Shown here in pieces: positions 7,628 to 16,639 of a DNA stretch of 64,000 nt. The first letter of the stretch is position 1, and each line of letters opens with the position of its first letter. The stretch lies in the IMG/VR virus record IMGVR_UViG_3300009130_000013, positions 1 through 64,000 of that record, one strand, 5' to 3'. Under the pieces are notes generated by a model. It ran no database searches. It was not told where the DNA came from and was given only the letters and a program-made list of their open reading frames with translations. Position numbers and translations under genes: made by a program. The DNA is from a virus.

Positions 7628-7779
7628 TAGTTATCTGAGTACGTCTATAAACTACCGTTAAGACGTATTACCAGGCGGTTTTATTTTTAGCAGATAAATA
7701 ACAGCGAAAGTACATAGGCGTACTAAGGTTCCATCGTACATTGTCGTACATTAATCAAATTACATATAAGGAAAGATAA

Positions 7780-7968
7780 ATGACAGAGGTCGTTAAGAAT
7801 GCCATTGTGAATTACTTTGGCAGAAGGAATAGAAGGACAAGTAAAGATTTAGTTAGTTGGGCTAAAACAGAATACGGAAGTGATTGGCAATATGCTTTAC
7901 AGCATATGATTGATACTGGACAGAAGCCCAAGGAGTATGAGAAATATATTGTTAAACAATGCCTTTAA
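7780..7968 (+). CDS. hypothetical protein
   Basis: SD AAGGA; late motif TAAATA upstream. Confidence 0.6.
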   Translation: MTEVVKNAIVNYFGRRNRRTSKDLVSWAKTEYGSDWQYALQHMIDTGQKPKEYEKYIVKQCL

Positions 7969-8389
7969 AAGATTAGTGTGTAGAGTAGATATACAAATAC
8001 TGAAACGATAACTGCTACGGAGATTAGCCCAGCGATGGTGTACAGTTTATTCATTAGCTATTAAGTAGAACAACAAACACGCCTACAAGAATAATCCAAA
8101 ACAGTATAATCATCTTATACCAAAAGACTTTAGGGTCTATTTGTTCCCACTTCTTTTTTTCTTCTTCGCTTACAGTACTAACAGGTATTGACCAAGGACC
8201 CCATACCATTATCTTTTTAGTCCTTCGCTTAATAAGAATACGCCTGCTACTATACAAAACATTATTACTATTATACAAGTTATCATAGAGCGTAACTTAA
8301 TATCATCAAAATTACAATTACAATACAAACAGCAAATATATAATTTATGTTATCAGTAACTAGTTTCTTAAACCAATGTAACCAATCCA

Positions 8390-8710
8390 TTAATTTCCTT
8401 TCTCATCGAAGTCCATATACAATGTGTACTTCGCTGTTAATTCTTCGCCTGCTTTAATAGGCTTAATTGACATTAGATATACTACTGGCAGTTGATGCCA
8501 GAAGCCCTGTATTGATTTACAATTAGGATTATCTGAATGATTATAAAAGGCACCTAGTGCCGTTCTAATATGTCCGTGTGGAAAGTTTTTATTCTTTATA
8601 TGTACAATGCCGAATACTGTATCAGCATTGAAATCTTTTGTAGCATAAAGTCCTAGACCTTGTACTTTAGATTCTTTAATAGTAATACCATCGGGTAACG
8701 GTTTGTACAT
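8390..8710 (-). CDS. stand-alone SET-domain lysine methyltransferase
   Basis: S.VQGLGLYATKD, FYNHSDNPNC and IKAGEELTAKY SET motifs. Confidence 0.9.
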   Translation of the reverse strand: MYKPLPDGITIKESKVQGLGLYATKDFNADTVFGIVHIKNKNFPHGHIRTALGAFYNHSDNPNCKSIQGFWHQLPVVYLMSIKPIKAGEELTAKYTLYMDFDEKGN

Positions 8711-9048
8711 TATACTAAACCTTTCCAGTCGTTGTTATCTTGTTCCGGTGTGTCAATGTTTGCTAAACGTTTAACCAGGTTATTAGGTTTGCTAATTGGT
8801 AAGCCACATCTATCAAAGTATCTATTGTCTTCTGTCTTGTATACGTGACTTAGAAATCCCCATCTTGTTCTAATGCTTTTCTTTTCTATCTTGCCTGTGT
8901 ATACAGTTCCATCTTTTTGAATTAGTTTACGATCATCACCTTTCCATATACTTCCATATATTCTATCAAAAGGTTCCTCGTCGACTTTGTTAGTCTCTGG
9001 TATTATTATATCTTCTTTAAGATAATCTATTGACGGAGGCATAACCAT
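8710..9048 (-). CDS. hypothetical protein
   Basis: TAAATA 5 nt upstream; coupled to the SET gene. Confidence 0.65.
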   Translation of the reverse strand: MVMPPSIDYLKEDIIIPETNKVDEEPFDRIYGSIWKGDDRKLIQKDGTVYTGKIEKKSIRTRWGFLSHVYKTEDNRYFDRCGLPISKPNNLVKRLANIDTPEQDNNDWKGLV

Positions 9049-9059
9049 ACTAATATTTA

Positions 9060-9269
9060 TTAACCTACTATTGTGATCTCTTCTACTGTAGCCTGAGGTA
9101 CAGGTTCTGAATAGAATACATCTGGATAGTTCTTTAAGTAATACATTTGAGCTTTATGAAGTTGATCTTCTAACGTTTGACATCCTGTTAAGAATGCTAC
9201 TGCTATAAAGCCTACAAATAGTAATACTATAAATTCCTTTTTCCTAAACTTCTTTGATTTCTTTTTCAT
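9060..9269 (-). CDS. putative lipoprotein
   Basis: Basic N-terminus, hydrophobic stretch, LTGC lipobox. Confidence 0.55.
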   Translation of the reverse strand: MKKKSKKFRKKEFIVLLFVGFIAVAFLTGCQTLEDQLHKAQMYYLKNYPDVFYSEPVPQATVEEITIVG

Positions 9270-9270
9270 G

Positions 9271-9609
9271 TTAACCCTTGAATTGATTGCCACACTCTGG
9301 ACAAGTGTGAACTAGTGAATGTGTATGTGTTGATTCTGGAGTATCTTTTTGAAACCATAAGGAAAACAAAGTAGCAACTTCAGGATCAGCAAACGAATAA
9401 CAGTACTCGCCTGTTGTTTTATCTGCTGTGAAATCGTAATCTTTATTCTTTCTCATACCCATACCTGCTAGAAAGTTCCTAGCATTAGGTAAAGGTCTTA
9501 TCTTACTGCCCCAAACAACTTGTCCATTTTGATTTTTAAAGGTAAATGAGTACGTCATATCCTTTTTATTTTCTGCTTTAACTACAACGTCTGTCCAATC
9601 ACTTAACAC
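9271..9609 (-). CDS. hypothetical protein with C-terminal CxxC
   Basis: SD AGGAGG; HTCPECG. Confidence 0.65.
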   Translation of the reverse strand: MLSDWTDVVVKAENKKDMTYSFTFKNQNGQVVWGSKIRPLPNARNFLAGMGMRKNKDYDFTADKTTGEYCYSFADPEVATLFSLWFQKDTPESTHTHSLVHTCPECGNQFKG

Positions 9610-9796
9610 TTTAACCTCCTATGAGAATAGTTTGACAAGAATCACAACTTGAAGTACTAGAACAAGTAGAGCTGTAACAGTTCTAATCAGTTCCATTGTG
9701 TGATTCATTGTATCCAATTTGACTTCCAACTTCGTTTTATTATTATTTTTCTTTTTCATGCTTTATTATAACACGAAATTGGAATTGTGTCAAGTC

Positions 9797-10003
9797 TTAT
9801 TCGATGTTTTTACAAGCTTCTTTGGATGCTTCTAGGCCAGCTTCTTTGTCGTATACCCAAACTGTACTGTAAACTACTTGCCCATCTTCAGCTACTGTAC
9901 ACTTTTTTCCAAAAGAAAAACTTGGATTATCGGGTAATTTGGCACAACCTTGGATCGCTATCGCAAATCCTAGTATTGTTATTGCTTTTAGTATATGTTT
10001 CAT
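9797..10003 (-). CDS. putative lipoprotein
   Basis: IQGC lipobox; TTGACA...TATAGT promoter upstream. Confidence 0.65.
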   Translation of the reverse strand: MKHILKAITILGFAIAIQGCAKLPDNPSFSFGKKCTVAEDGQVVYSTVWVYDKEAGLEASKEACKNIE

Positions 10004-10056
10004 TCTATACTATAGCATTGATTTTGGGTATTGTCAACCGAAATGTTTGATTATTT

Positions 10057-10242
10057 CTATGATGTATGTCGTAAGCCTTTTAAAAACTTGACATCTTTTT
10101 TGAGTTTTTGGATTTGTTTGGTAAGTTCTTCTATTTCTTTTTTCAGTTTTAGTATCTCTTCCAATCCTCTATAGCCATACTCAGTGTAACCTTCACGTGT
10201 TTTTTCTGGGGGATTGAAATATTTGTTATAATCATTAACCAC
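10057..10242 (-). CDS. small coiled-coil hypothetical protein
   Basis: SD AAGGAG; heptad-rich C-terminus. Confidence 0.55.
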   Translation of the reverse strand: MVNDYNKYFNPPEKTREGYTEYGYRGLEEILKLKKEIEELTKQIQKLKKDVKFLKGLRHTS

Positions 10243-10272
10243 CTCTTACTCCTTATTGTTAATGTTATTGAG

Positions 10273-11493
10273 TTATTCTATTAATTTCCACAACAAATAT
10301 TGTGGGTTTGTTAGTTTTTGAATTCTTACTGTAGGGTTTGAAGCAAACAACCCGTTAGCATATCTAATATAAAGTTCTAATGTAGCATACTTAGATGGAT
10401 CTATATCACCTTCTGCTGTGTTTTGAACGTTAACAAAGAACTTTTGACTTGACCCATCAGCTTCAGCGGGTACTATATCTCCTACTATTTGAAGTTTAAC
10501 AGCTTTCTTTCCTGCTGGTACTTCATATAACTTTGTATCATTAGCATAGAAGTATGATTTCTTTTCATTCATTTGTAATAGTTTATTCAACACTTCTGGT
10601 TTCTTAGCAAATGTATTGTTTAATGTTTTTATTGCTGTCTCACCAAACTTTTTAAACAAAGCCTTTTGCCATGATATGACTGTTGGGTTTTTTATAAGTT
10701 CAGCTTGATACCAATCACCAAATACACGTTGTACTAAACTATTACCTTCTTTAGCTAATTTCTTTATCTCTTCCTTTTTAAATGGTTTTCTATGCCAACC
10801 GCTTTCACTTGTACCTTTGCCATACCATATAGTGTAAGTATTTGCTGGGTATTCATTGCCAGCTTTATCTGTGTGAGCTTGTTTATTAAATTGTATTGCT
10901 CTTATTTTATCACCACCACCTAACTTTGCTTTTGCTCTGCCAGCCTTTGTATCAGGTGTAGGATGTACTCGACCATCGTTTGCTAAATTTAATACTGCTT
11001 CTACAATTTTCAGTTTCCATGTCTCCCACTCTTTACCGTGGTAGCTTTGGAATATGTCTCCTTTATATTCAAACCCTAATACAACAGGTGTTGTGTTAGC
11101 TAGTGTAATTCCTGTTTTCTCTTTTATTGATATACCTGAGTGTGTCTTAGAATCAAACATTACATCTGCTACAGCACCAGCATTACCTTGACCTACACCA
11201 TCCCAACCTACTTTACCTGAGTAACCTATCTTATCTTTAATCCAGGCTCCACGCTTAACCCAAGCGTTGAGACCTTTCTTTGCTAGTTTCTGATTATCAG
11301 TTGCTTGTTGTATAACAAGATCAGGATTGATTAATTTGCCTTGATGATCAGCTAATACTTTTAAAAAGTTTCCTGTATTTGCTTTAGGATTTAAAAAGCC
11401 AAGTAGACAACCTAACTCACTATTGTATTGAGTTGCGGCTGAGCTCTCGCCCTCGTCTATAAGTTTTTCTGAAATGAATTCGTTGGCTCTCAT
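10273..11493 (-). CDS. probable virion internal protein with possible PD-(D/E)XK-like nuclease core
   Basis: N-terminus MRANEFISE resembles the T4 capsid-targeting peptide; AD..(x9)..ISIK motif; TAAATA 5 nt before ATG. Confidence 0.5.
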   Translation of the reverse strand: MRANEFISEKLIDEGESSAATQYNSELGCLLGFLNPKANTGNFLKVLADHQGKLINPDLVIQQATDNQKLAKKGLNAWVKRGAWIKDKIGYSGKVGWDGVGQGNAGAVADVMFDSKTHSGISIKEKTGITLANTTPVVLGFEYKGDIFQSYHGKEWETWKLKIVEAVLNLANDGRVHPTPDTKAGRAKAKLGGGDKIRAIQFNKQAHTDKAGNEYPANTYTIWYGKGTSESGWHRKPFKKEEIKKLAKEGNSLVQRVFGDWYQAELIKNPTVISWQKALFKKFGETAIKTLNNTFAKKPEVLNKLLQMNEKKSYFYANDTKLYEVPAGKKAVKLQIVGDIVPAEADGSSQKFFVNVQNTAEGDIDPSKYATLELYIRYANGLFASNPTVRIQKLTNPQYLLWKLIE

Positions 11494-11504
11494 AACTATA
11501 TTTA

Positions 11505-11813
11505 TTATATTGTAAGCAGGTCTGGGTCTGCCATCTCTGGTTGAATTGAGTCAGCATCAAACTTATTCTCAGTACTAGGTGGGAGAACTATACCTGGTAG
11601 TTTATCTTCTGGTACACAATATATCTGTTCAATAGGACGATTCGGACCGTAGTAGCTTTGAGTATGAAACAATAGTTCCACAGCATTCTCCATAACATAC
11701 TCTTTACATATTTCCGAACTTGTATGCTTTGGATTATCGAAGATATATATGTCCTTATTCCCCTCTGGATTGAATCCAAGCATTACAACTATTATAATCC
11801 ACACCTTAGCCAT
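11505..11813 (-). CDS. hypothetical exported/membrane protein
   Basis: SD AGGAG; hydrophobic N-terminus; two Cys. Confidence 0.6.
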   Translation of the reverse strand: MAKVWIIIVVMLGFNPEGNKDIYIFDNPKHTSSEICKEYVMENAVELLFHTQSYYGPNRPIEQIYCVPEDKLPGIVLPPSTENKFDADSIQPEMADPDLLTI

Positions 11814-12629
11814 TACCACTCCTATATATAGCCCTGTCGCCAATTGTAAGCGTCATACAAGCGTCTTAATGAGTCATTGCTGTCAAACAGTTATCTAATA
11901 AAAACTCGACGCTGTAGTCTGCGGATATCTCGGACCTAACCTTCCAAAACACCCAATATCCATAACGTGCCAAAGAACACTAAACTAATTGTTACCGGAT
12001 CCATTAGAACAGAACCATAACAAGAAGTATAATAATGACACACAATATTATACCTTTTAACATAGTAATACTTATCGGAATTAAGACCGGTCTATACAAC
12101 TATCCGAAAAAAAATACAGCGTAAAAATTTTCAAACCACTCTCGTTATAGAATCAAAACTTTACAGCTTTATAAGGGGAAGAAAAATGAGAACAATAAAG
12201 ACTGTAGTGATAACCATAAGACTATTAGTAGTAACAGTAACTATAACATTAGAAAGATAACGTGTAGTAAGAACTTATAAGAGAGTAATGAAAACGATAA
12301 AGGGCTTAAAGGGGTCTATAGACTGTTGATGAATTTTTGAGAATCAGGCTAGCCGCCGTGGCATTTCTGCCACAGATTTCTACTGTATGACCACCACCCC
12401 CAGACATTTTATTTTCATTCGTCGCCGGAGAGGGCTGACCCGATGTCCTCCGGCTTAAGAATAGATTCACTGTAATCTACTATAGCGTACAGTAGCTCAC
12501 GCTGTACGGCCCCGCGTGTAGCTGGCTCGAGCTTCTAGCTCACGCGACTACACACGATTTTATTCGGGCCGTAAGACCCCAGTCACCGCGGCAGAGATGT
12601 GTGGTGTCCTGCCGCTATAAGACTGTTAA

Positions 12630-12703
12630 TGGCTGGGCTACATAGACTCGAACTATGACTAACAGAATCAAAATCTGTCGTGCTACCATTACACTATAGC
12701 CCA
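12630..12703 (-). tRNA. tRNA-Gln(TTG)
   Basis: TGGGCTA/TAGCCCA acceptor stem, ACAGA-TTTTGAT-TCTGT, CCA end. Confidence 0.93.
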
Positions 12704-12818
12704 GCACTTGTTACAAGAGTGAGTACTCACTCTTGGCCTCCTCCTACCCCTGTGTAGTCCTCAGGTACTCTTGCGGGACCTACATACAGCCTACCCTTTT
12801 TCTTCCCTACGGTTTATT

Positions 12819-13064
12819 CTACACGTTGTCTTTTCTGGCATTCTCATTATATTCATATAGTGATACTTCATCACGCTCAACCCAGCGTGTATGGTCACCA
12901 TTAGCTATGAGGTAGCCTAGTCTATTAGCAAAGCATATGGTCGGACATATCTTTATTACTTCCCATATATACTTCTTCTCTTGCGATCGTAACTGCCGGT
13001 TTCGATTATTAGATGGCAAGAGTTCAACCAGATCGCCTGGCATCAATTGTGTTTTAAATGTCAA
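12819..13064 (-). CDS. hypothetical protein
   Basis: ORF within minus-strand early block. Confidence 0.5.
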   Translation of the reverse strand: MTFKTQLMPGDLVELLPSNNRNRQLRSQEKKYIWEVIKICPTICFANRLGYLIANGDHTRWVERDEVSLYEYNENARKDNV

Positions 13065-13198
13065 TGTTTAATACCTTTTAGGATTCATCTAACTTATTAA
13101 TACGATCGTTCTCATCAAGGAAGAAGGGAACGAATACCGCCGAAGCAAGTACTAATACAAATACTGTAAGGATACTATATTCAACCATTGCTGGCCTC

Positions 13199-13447
13199 CT
13201 ATACGTTATCTAGTGGGTACAACTCTTTAGGAACAGACCTACCGCAACTACAACTCTCATCTGGCAGGAAGTCTCCCGGCTTTAATACACTTTTTACAAT
13301 GTAGCCTAGGGGCCTAACAATAGCAGACGCTTTAGCATCGGCTTCGTCGGCGGTTAAGGCTTTAATGTAAGTAACGTCTTCGTGACTACAGTCAGCTATA
13401 CGCGGTCTAATACCAATCTGATATGTATTCATTAGACTGTTTAACAT
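13199..13447 (-). CDS. hypothetical protein
   Basis: SD AGGAG. Confidence 0.6.
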   Translation of the reverse strand: MLNSLMNTYQIGIRPRIADCSHEDVTYIKALTADEADAKASAIVRPLGYIVKSVLKPGDFLPDESCSCGRSVPKELYPLDNV

Positions 13448-13481
13448 AGATACTCCTGGTAGTTATAATAAAGGGGGTGGG

Positions 13482-13832
13482 TTAAGCGACGTCTTTGAAG
13501 CCCCAGTTAGCAACAACACTCATTTTGCCTGTAGGATCTTCAACAATATCTGAAACTGATACAGAATACATCTTACCTAAACGCTCGATCGCCTCTTCTG
13601 GACCAGCGTTTCCTACGTGGAACACGCCTTCTAGGCCGCCTTCTGTAGTAATATTACTCACGTGTGTGTAGTAACCTAGGTCAAAACACTCCTTGGCAAT
13701 GGCTCCTGTGTCGTTTTTGCTGAAGCTCATGTCTAATTTCAGCTTCTGTTTGTGAACAGAATCGTGTCCATCACGGTTAATTTTGTCAACTTCTGGCTTT
13801 GTTAAGTGTATTTGGTGTAATTTGTACTTCAT
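13482..13832 (-). CDS. hypothetical early protein (YodL-like SVSD motif)
   Basis: MKYKLHQI...GLEGVF..GN...MYSVSVSDIV; first gene after promoter copy 6. Confidence 0.6.
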   Translation of the reverse strand: MKYKLHQIHLTKPEVDKINRDGHDSVHKQKLKLDMSFSKNDTGAIAKECFDLGYYTHVSNITTEGGLEGVFHVGNAGPEEAIERLGKMYSVSVSDIVEDPTGKMSVVANWGFKDVA

Positions 13833-13862
13833 ATTTTATCCGTTTTCTTATTTTATATGTAT

Positions 13863-13930
13863 ATTATACATTCAATTTTCCAATTTGTCAACCAAATACG
13901 CAGGTATTTGGCCTGTGTAAGTCGTTGATT
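13863..13930 (-). promoter_or_regulatory. early promoter with IHF-consensus site (copy 6)
   Basis: Minus strand: AATCAAcgacTTA 13930-13918; TTGACA 13891-13886; 17 bp; TATAAT. Confidence 0.8.
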
Positions 13931-14064
13931 TATATAGATTAATTAAAAAATAGTAAAAATATGCGTACTATCTTGGTCCAATCAGGGGCCGGAGGCCCCT
14001 GATTCATTCAAGAAACCACACAAATTGTGTGGGTATTTGGTAGATTTGGTGATGAATAGCCAAT

Positions 14065-14088
14065 AAAAAAGGCCCCGAAGGGGCCTTT
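14065..14088 (-). terminator. Rho-independent terminator
   Basis: Minus strand AGGCCC-C-TTCG-GGGCCT followed by a T run (UUCG loop). Confidence 0.85.
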
Positions 14089-14110
14089 AATACCGTCTGA
14101 AGAAGCGAGA

Positions 14111-14359
14111 TTACGCTAGTTCTTCGTCAGTTACCATTGGATCTAATGAATCAACAGTAGCGTTTTCAGGGATTTCCTGTTTTACAACTGGATTAATCTC
14201 TTCAAACTGAAGCTCTGTTTGACCTTCCAACGGTTTGTAACCATTGTCCATAAGAACAATAGCTCTATCCTCCGGCTTGTTAGTATACCTAACAACAACT
14301 TTTCCCGTAGGATGTACCAATTTTACTCTGTGAGAGTACTTCGTTTCCTTAATTTTCAT
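14111..14359 (-). CDS. hypothetical early protein (monocistronic)
   Basis: SD GAGGAGG; has its own promoter and terminator. Confidence 0.75.
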   Translation of the reverse strand: MKIKETKYSHRVKLVHPTGKVVVRYTNKPEDRAIVLMDNGYKPLEGQTELQFEEINPVVKQEIPENATVDSLDPMVTDEELA

Positions 14360-14394
14360 ACTTGCCTCCTCGACATTTCAATTAAAGTACAACT

Positions 14395-14467
14395 ATTATA
14401 GCACGATCATAGGCCAATGTCAACCAAAAACTGGCCAAATTTTCCAATTTATTTCCAATTTGGCCAA
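14395..14467 (-). promoter_or_regulatory. early promoter with phased TTGG array
   Basis: TTGACA 14423-14418, 17 bp, TATAAT; CCAA at 14414, 14424, 14435, 14444, 14455, 14464. Confidence 0.75.
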
Positions 14468-14842
14468 TTAAATGTGTTGCATTTATACAACATTAGTCAT
14501 ACGGCATACGCTAGACCCCCTATTTGACCACGATTCTTACGCTATAATCGTGGCCCATGTGCCCTGAGAGCCAGCTTTTCACTGGAATCTCGATGTGGGT
14601 TTCCCTAGTCCATCTATAATATATGTGTATTCATAGATGTTCGTCCGGTTAGAGAAGGCTCTTAACCCTGGTTTAGTGTGACCGGTGTCACTGATTTTCG
14701 TCTGATTTGAGTCCGCAACGTTTCCTTATTCGCCTGTTATGAGGCCTAGGAGTCCCCTGGTGCCCATTGTATATCTTCGTTTCCTTCAGGGTTTCGCATA
14801 TCTCCACGTATTGGTGCTTGGAATTTAGCAATTTATAAGTAT

Positions 14843-14871
14843 ACTATAACACTATAGGAACAAAATGTCAA
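14843..14871 (-). promoter_or_regulatory. sigma70-type promoter firing into the GC-rich non-coding region
   Basis: TTGACA(14871-14866)-17-TATAGT(14848-14843); overlaps the start codon of the divergent radical SAM gene. Confidence 0.6.
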
Positions 14872-16055
14872 CCGAAAAAGCCAAAAAACCTACTTGCTAT
14901 GCCCCATTTTTTAATGTATACTTAAGATCTAGTAGTAAAGAATCGCGTGTATGCTGTACAGCCGGCCAATCACACCACTTGAAAAGCAATGAAATGTCAG
15001 AAGTATTCAATAATCCTACAGCAATTGACATACGAGAGGCCATGCTAAAGGGAGAATGGCACCCGGCCTGCTACGGTTGTTATGAAAAAGAACAATTAAA
15101 TGAGCCATCTGATCGTCAAGTATATAACGACTGGTACACAGAAGCAGTAAAACAAAACAATATAGATCCTAATAACCCACTAGAACTAGAGATGGAAGAA
15201 CCAATATGGGCAGATATTAGGCCGTCTAACTTATGTAACCTTAAATGTCGTATGTGTTATCCTGACAACAGTACAGAAGTGGCCAGAGAACAAGCAGACA
15301 TATTAAAAGATAATAAGGATACATTTCAGGTATTAGAAAAAATACCACTTAATAAGCTAGAGGAATACTCACAACGTAAACACTATACATTACCGGCCCT
15401 TAATAAATTAATTAATATAAAGCTACTAGGGGGAGAACCTACACTACAATCAGAAGTGTTCGATATAATAGATCAATTAGAACCTAATGACCATAGGTTT
15501 ATTAACATTACTACTAATGCTTCTAGCAAACAACAGTTACAAACTATTATACCTAAGTTAAAAGATGTAGCACAAGTTATGTGGAATATTAGTATAGATG
15601 GGGTTTGCGATCATTTCGAATATGTAAGAACACCTGCTAAATGGGACCGGTTCAATGAATGTGTACAGTACTTAAAAGAAACTAAAGTAGCACGACATAA
15701 TACTTTAATTGGTTTCAATTTTTGTGTACAAGCATGGAACTGGGAAAGCGTCCCACTAGTGTTAGACTATTGTGAAAGTATGGCAGGGTCCAGATATGCT
15801 ATTAATATGGTGGACCAGAACCACTTAGGCCTTGCTGTAATACCCTTAGATGCTAGAGAGCGTCTATTATCTACGCTAGAAAAAAAAGGTTGTCGGAGAC
15901 GTGAGACGATGAAAAAATGGTGCCAATCAATCCCATTCCAAGCTGAATTACTACCCAAGTTTTGGCAACATACAGTACTATTAGATCAGCAACGTGGTAC
16001 ATCATTTCCTGAATTAAATCCACTATTAGCTGAATCAATGCTTAAACACCTTTAA
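14865..16055 (+). CDS. radical SAM protein with N-terminal Twitch/SPASM-like Cys domain
   Basis: CYAPF..CC..CYGC, then CNLKCRMC and GGEP. Confidence 0.9.
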   Translation: MSTEKAKKPTCYAPFFNVYLRSSSKESRVCCTAGQSHHLKSNEMSEVFNNPTAIDIREAMLKGEWHPACYGCYEKEQLNEPSDRQVYNDWYTEAVKQNNIDPNNPLELEMEEPIWADIRPSNLCNLKCRMCYPDNSTEVAREQADILKDNKDTFQVLEKIPLNKLEEYSQRKHYTLPALNKLINIKLLGGEPTLQSEVFDIIDQLEPNDHRFINITTNASSKQQLQTIIPKLKDVAQVMWNISIDGVCDHFEYVRTPAKWDRFNECVQYLKETKVARHNTLIGFNFCVQAWNWESVPLVLDYCESMAGSRYAINMVDQNHLGLAVIPLDARERLLSTLEKKGCRRRETMKKWCQSIPFQAELLPKFWQHTVLLDQQRGTSFPELNPLLAESMLKHL

Positions 16056-16258
16056 AAATAGATTAATTAATCAATTACTCCTTTATAATAGCAAATTAAA
16101 GCAGTACGAACGATAGTGAGTACTATACGACTCTGTCGTATCTTTACTGTAGTTACTGTAGTTACTACTACTAGCTATAAGTGTTTCGACCGGTAATTCT
16201 TACACACACAGTAAAAAAGGTTGACATTCAGAGCAACTCGTGTTATATTGTGTACATA

Positions 16259-16486
16259 ATGAATATTGATACTGACGTAAAAAAGGTTAAAGTAACGTGT
16301 ACGGATAACGGTAACTCAGTTGAAGCAGTAGTTGATAGGTTCAGAGAGCATGACTTTATAGATGTTATTATGGCAAATACTAAAGTCAGATTAAAATATA
16401 ACTCTCAGTATGGCAAGGCTTATGTTGGCTCAGCTGTAGGACTTGAGTTTACTGTTAAAGGACCTACTATACAGTTTATAGACTAG
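16259..16486 (+). CDS. hypothetical protein
   Basis: TTGACA-17-TATATT promoter at 16221-16249 directly upstream. Confidence 0.65.
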   Translation: MNIDTDVKKVKVTCTDNGNSVEAVVDRFREHDFIDVIMANTKVRLKYNSQYGKAYVGSAVGLEFTVKGPTIQFID

Positions 16487-16639
16487 TAGTTTATTGTATA
16501 GCAGAAAAAATTTTAAGGCTCCGCCCTTATATGTGCCGCCGCTCTGGGTCCTAATTATAAGACGTTATATTAACCACGAAAAAATTTTTTTACTCCGTTT
16601 TTATAGGCCGCCGACCACCAATCATTTAAATACAACACA

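Noticed and set aside
12186-12260. Frame densely packed with stop codons
   Set aside because: Explained by NTA-rich codons of a shifted 24-aa ORF or low-complexity TA-rich DNA; not an independent signal.
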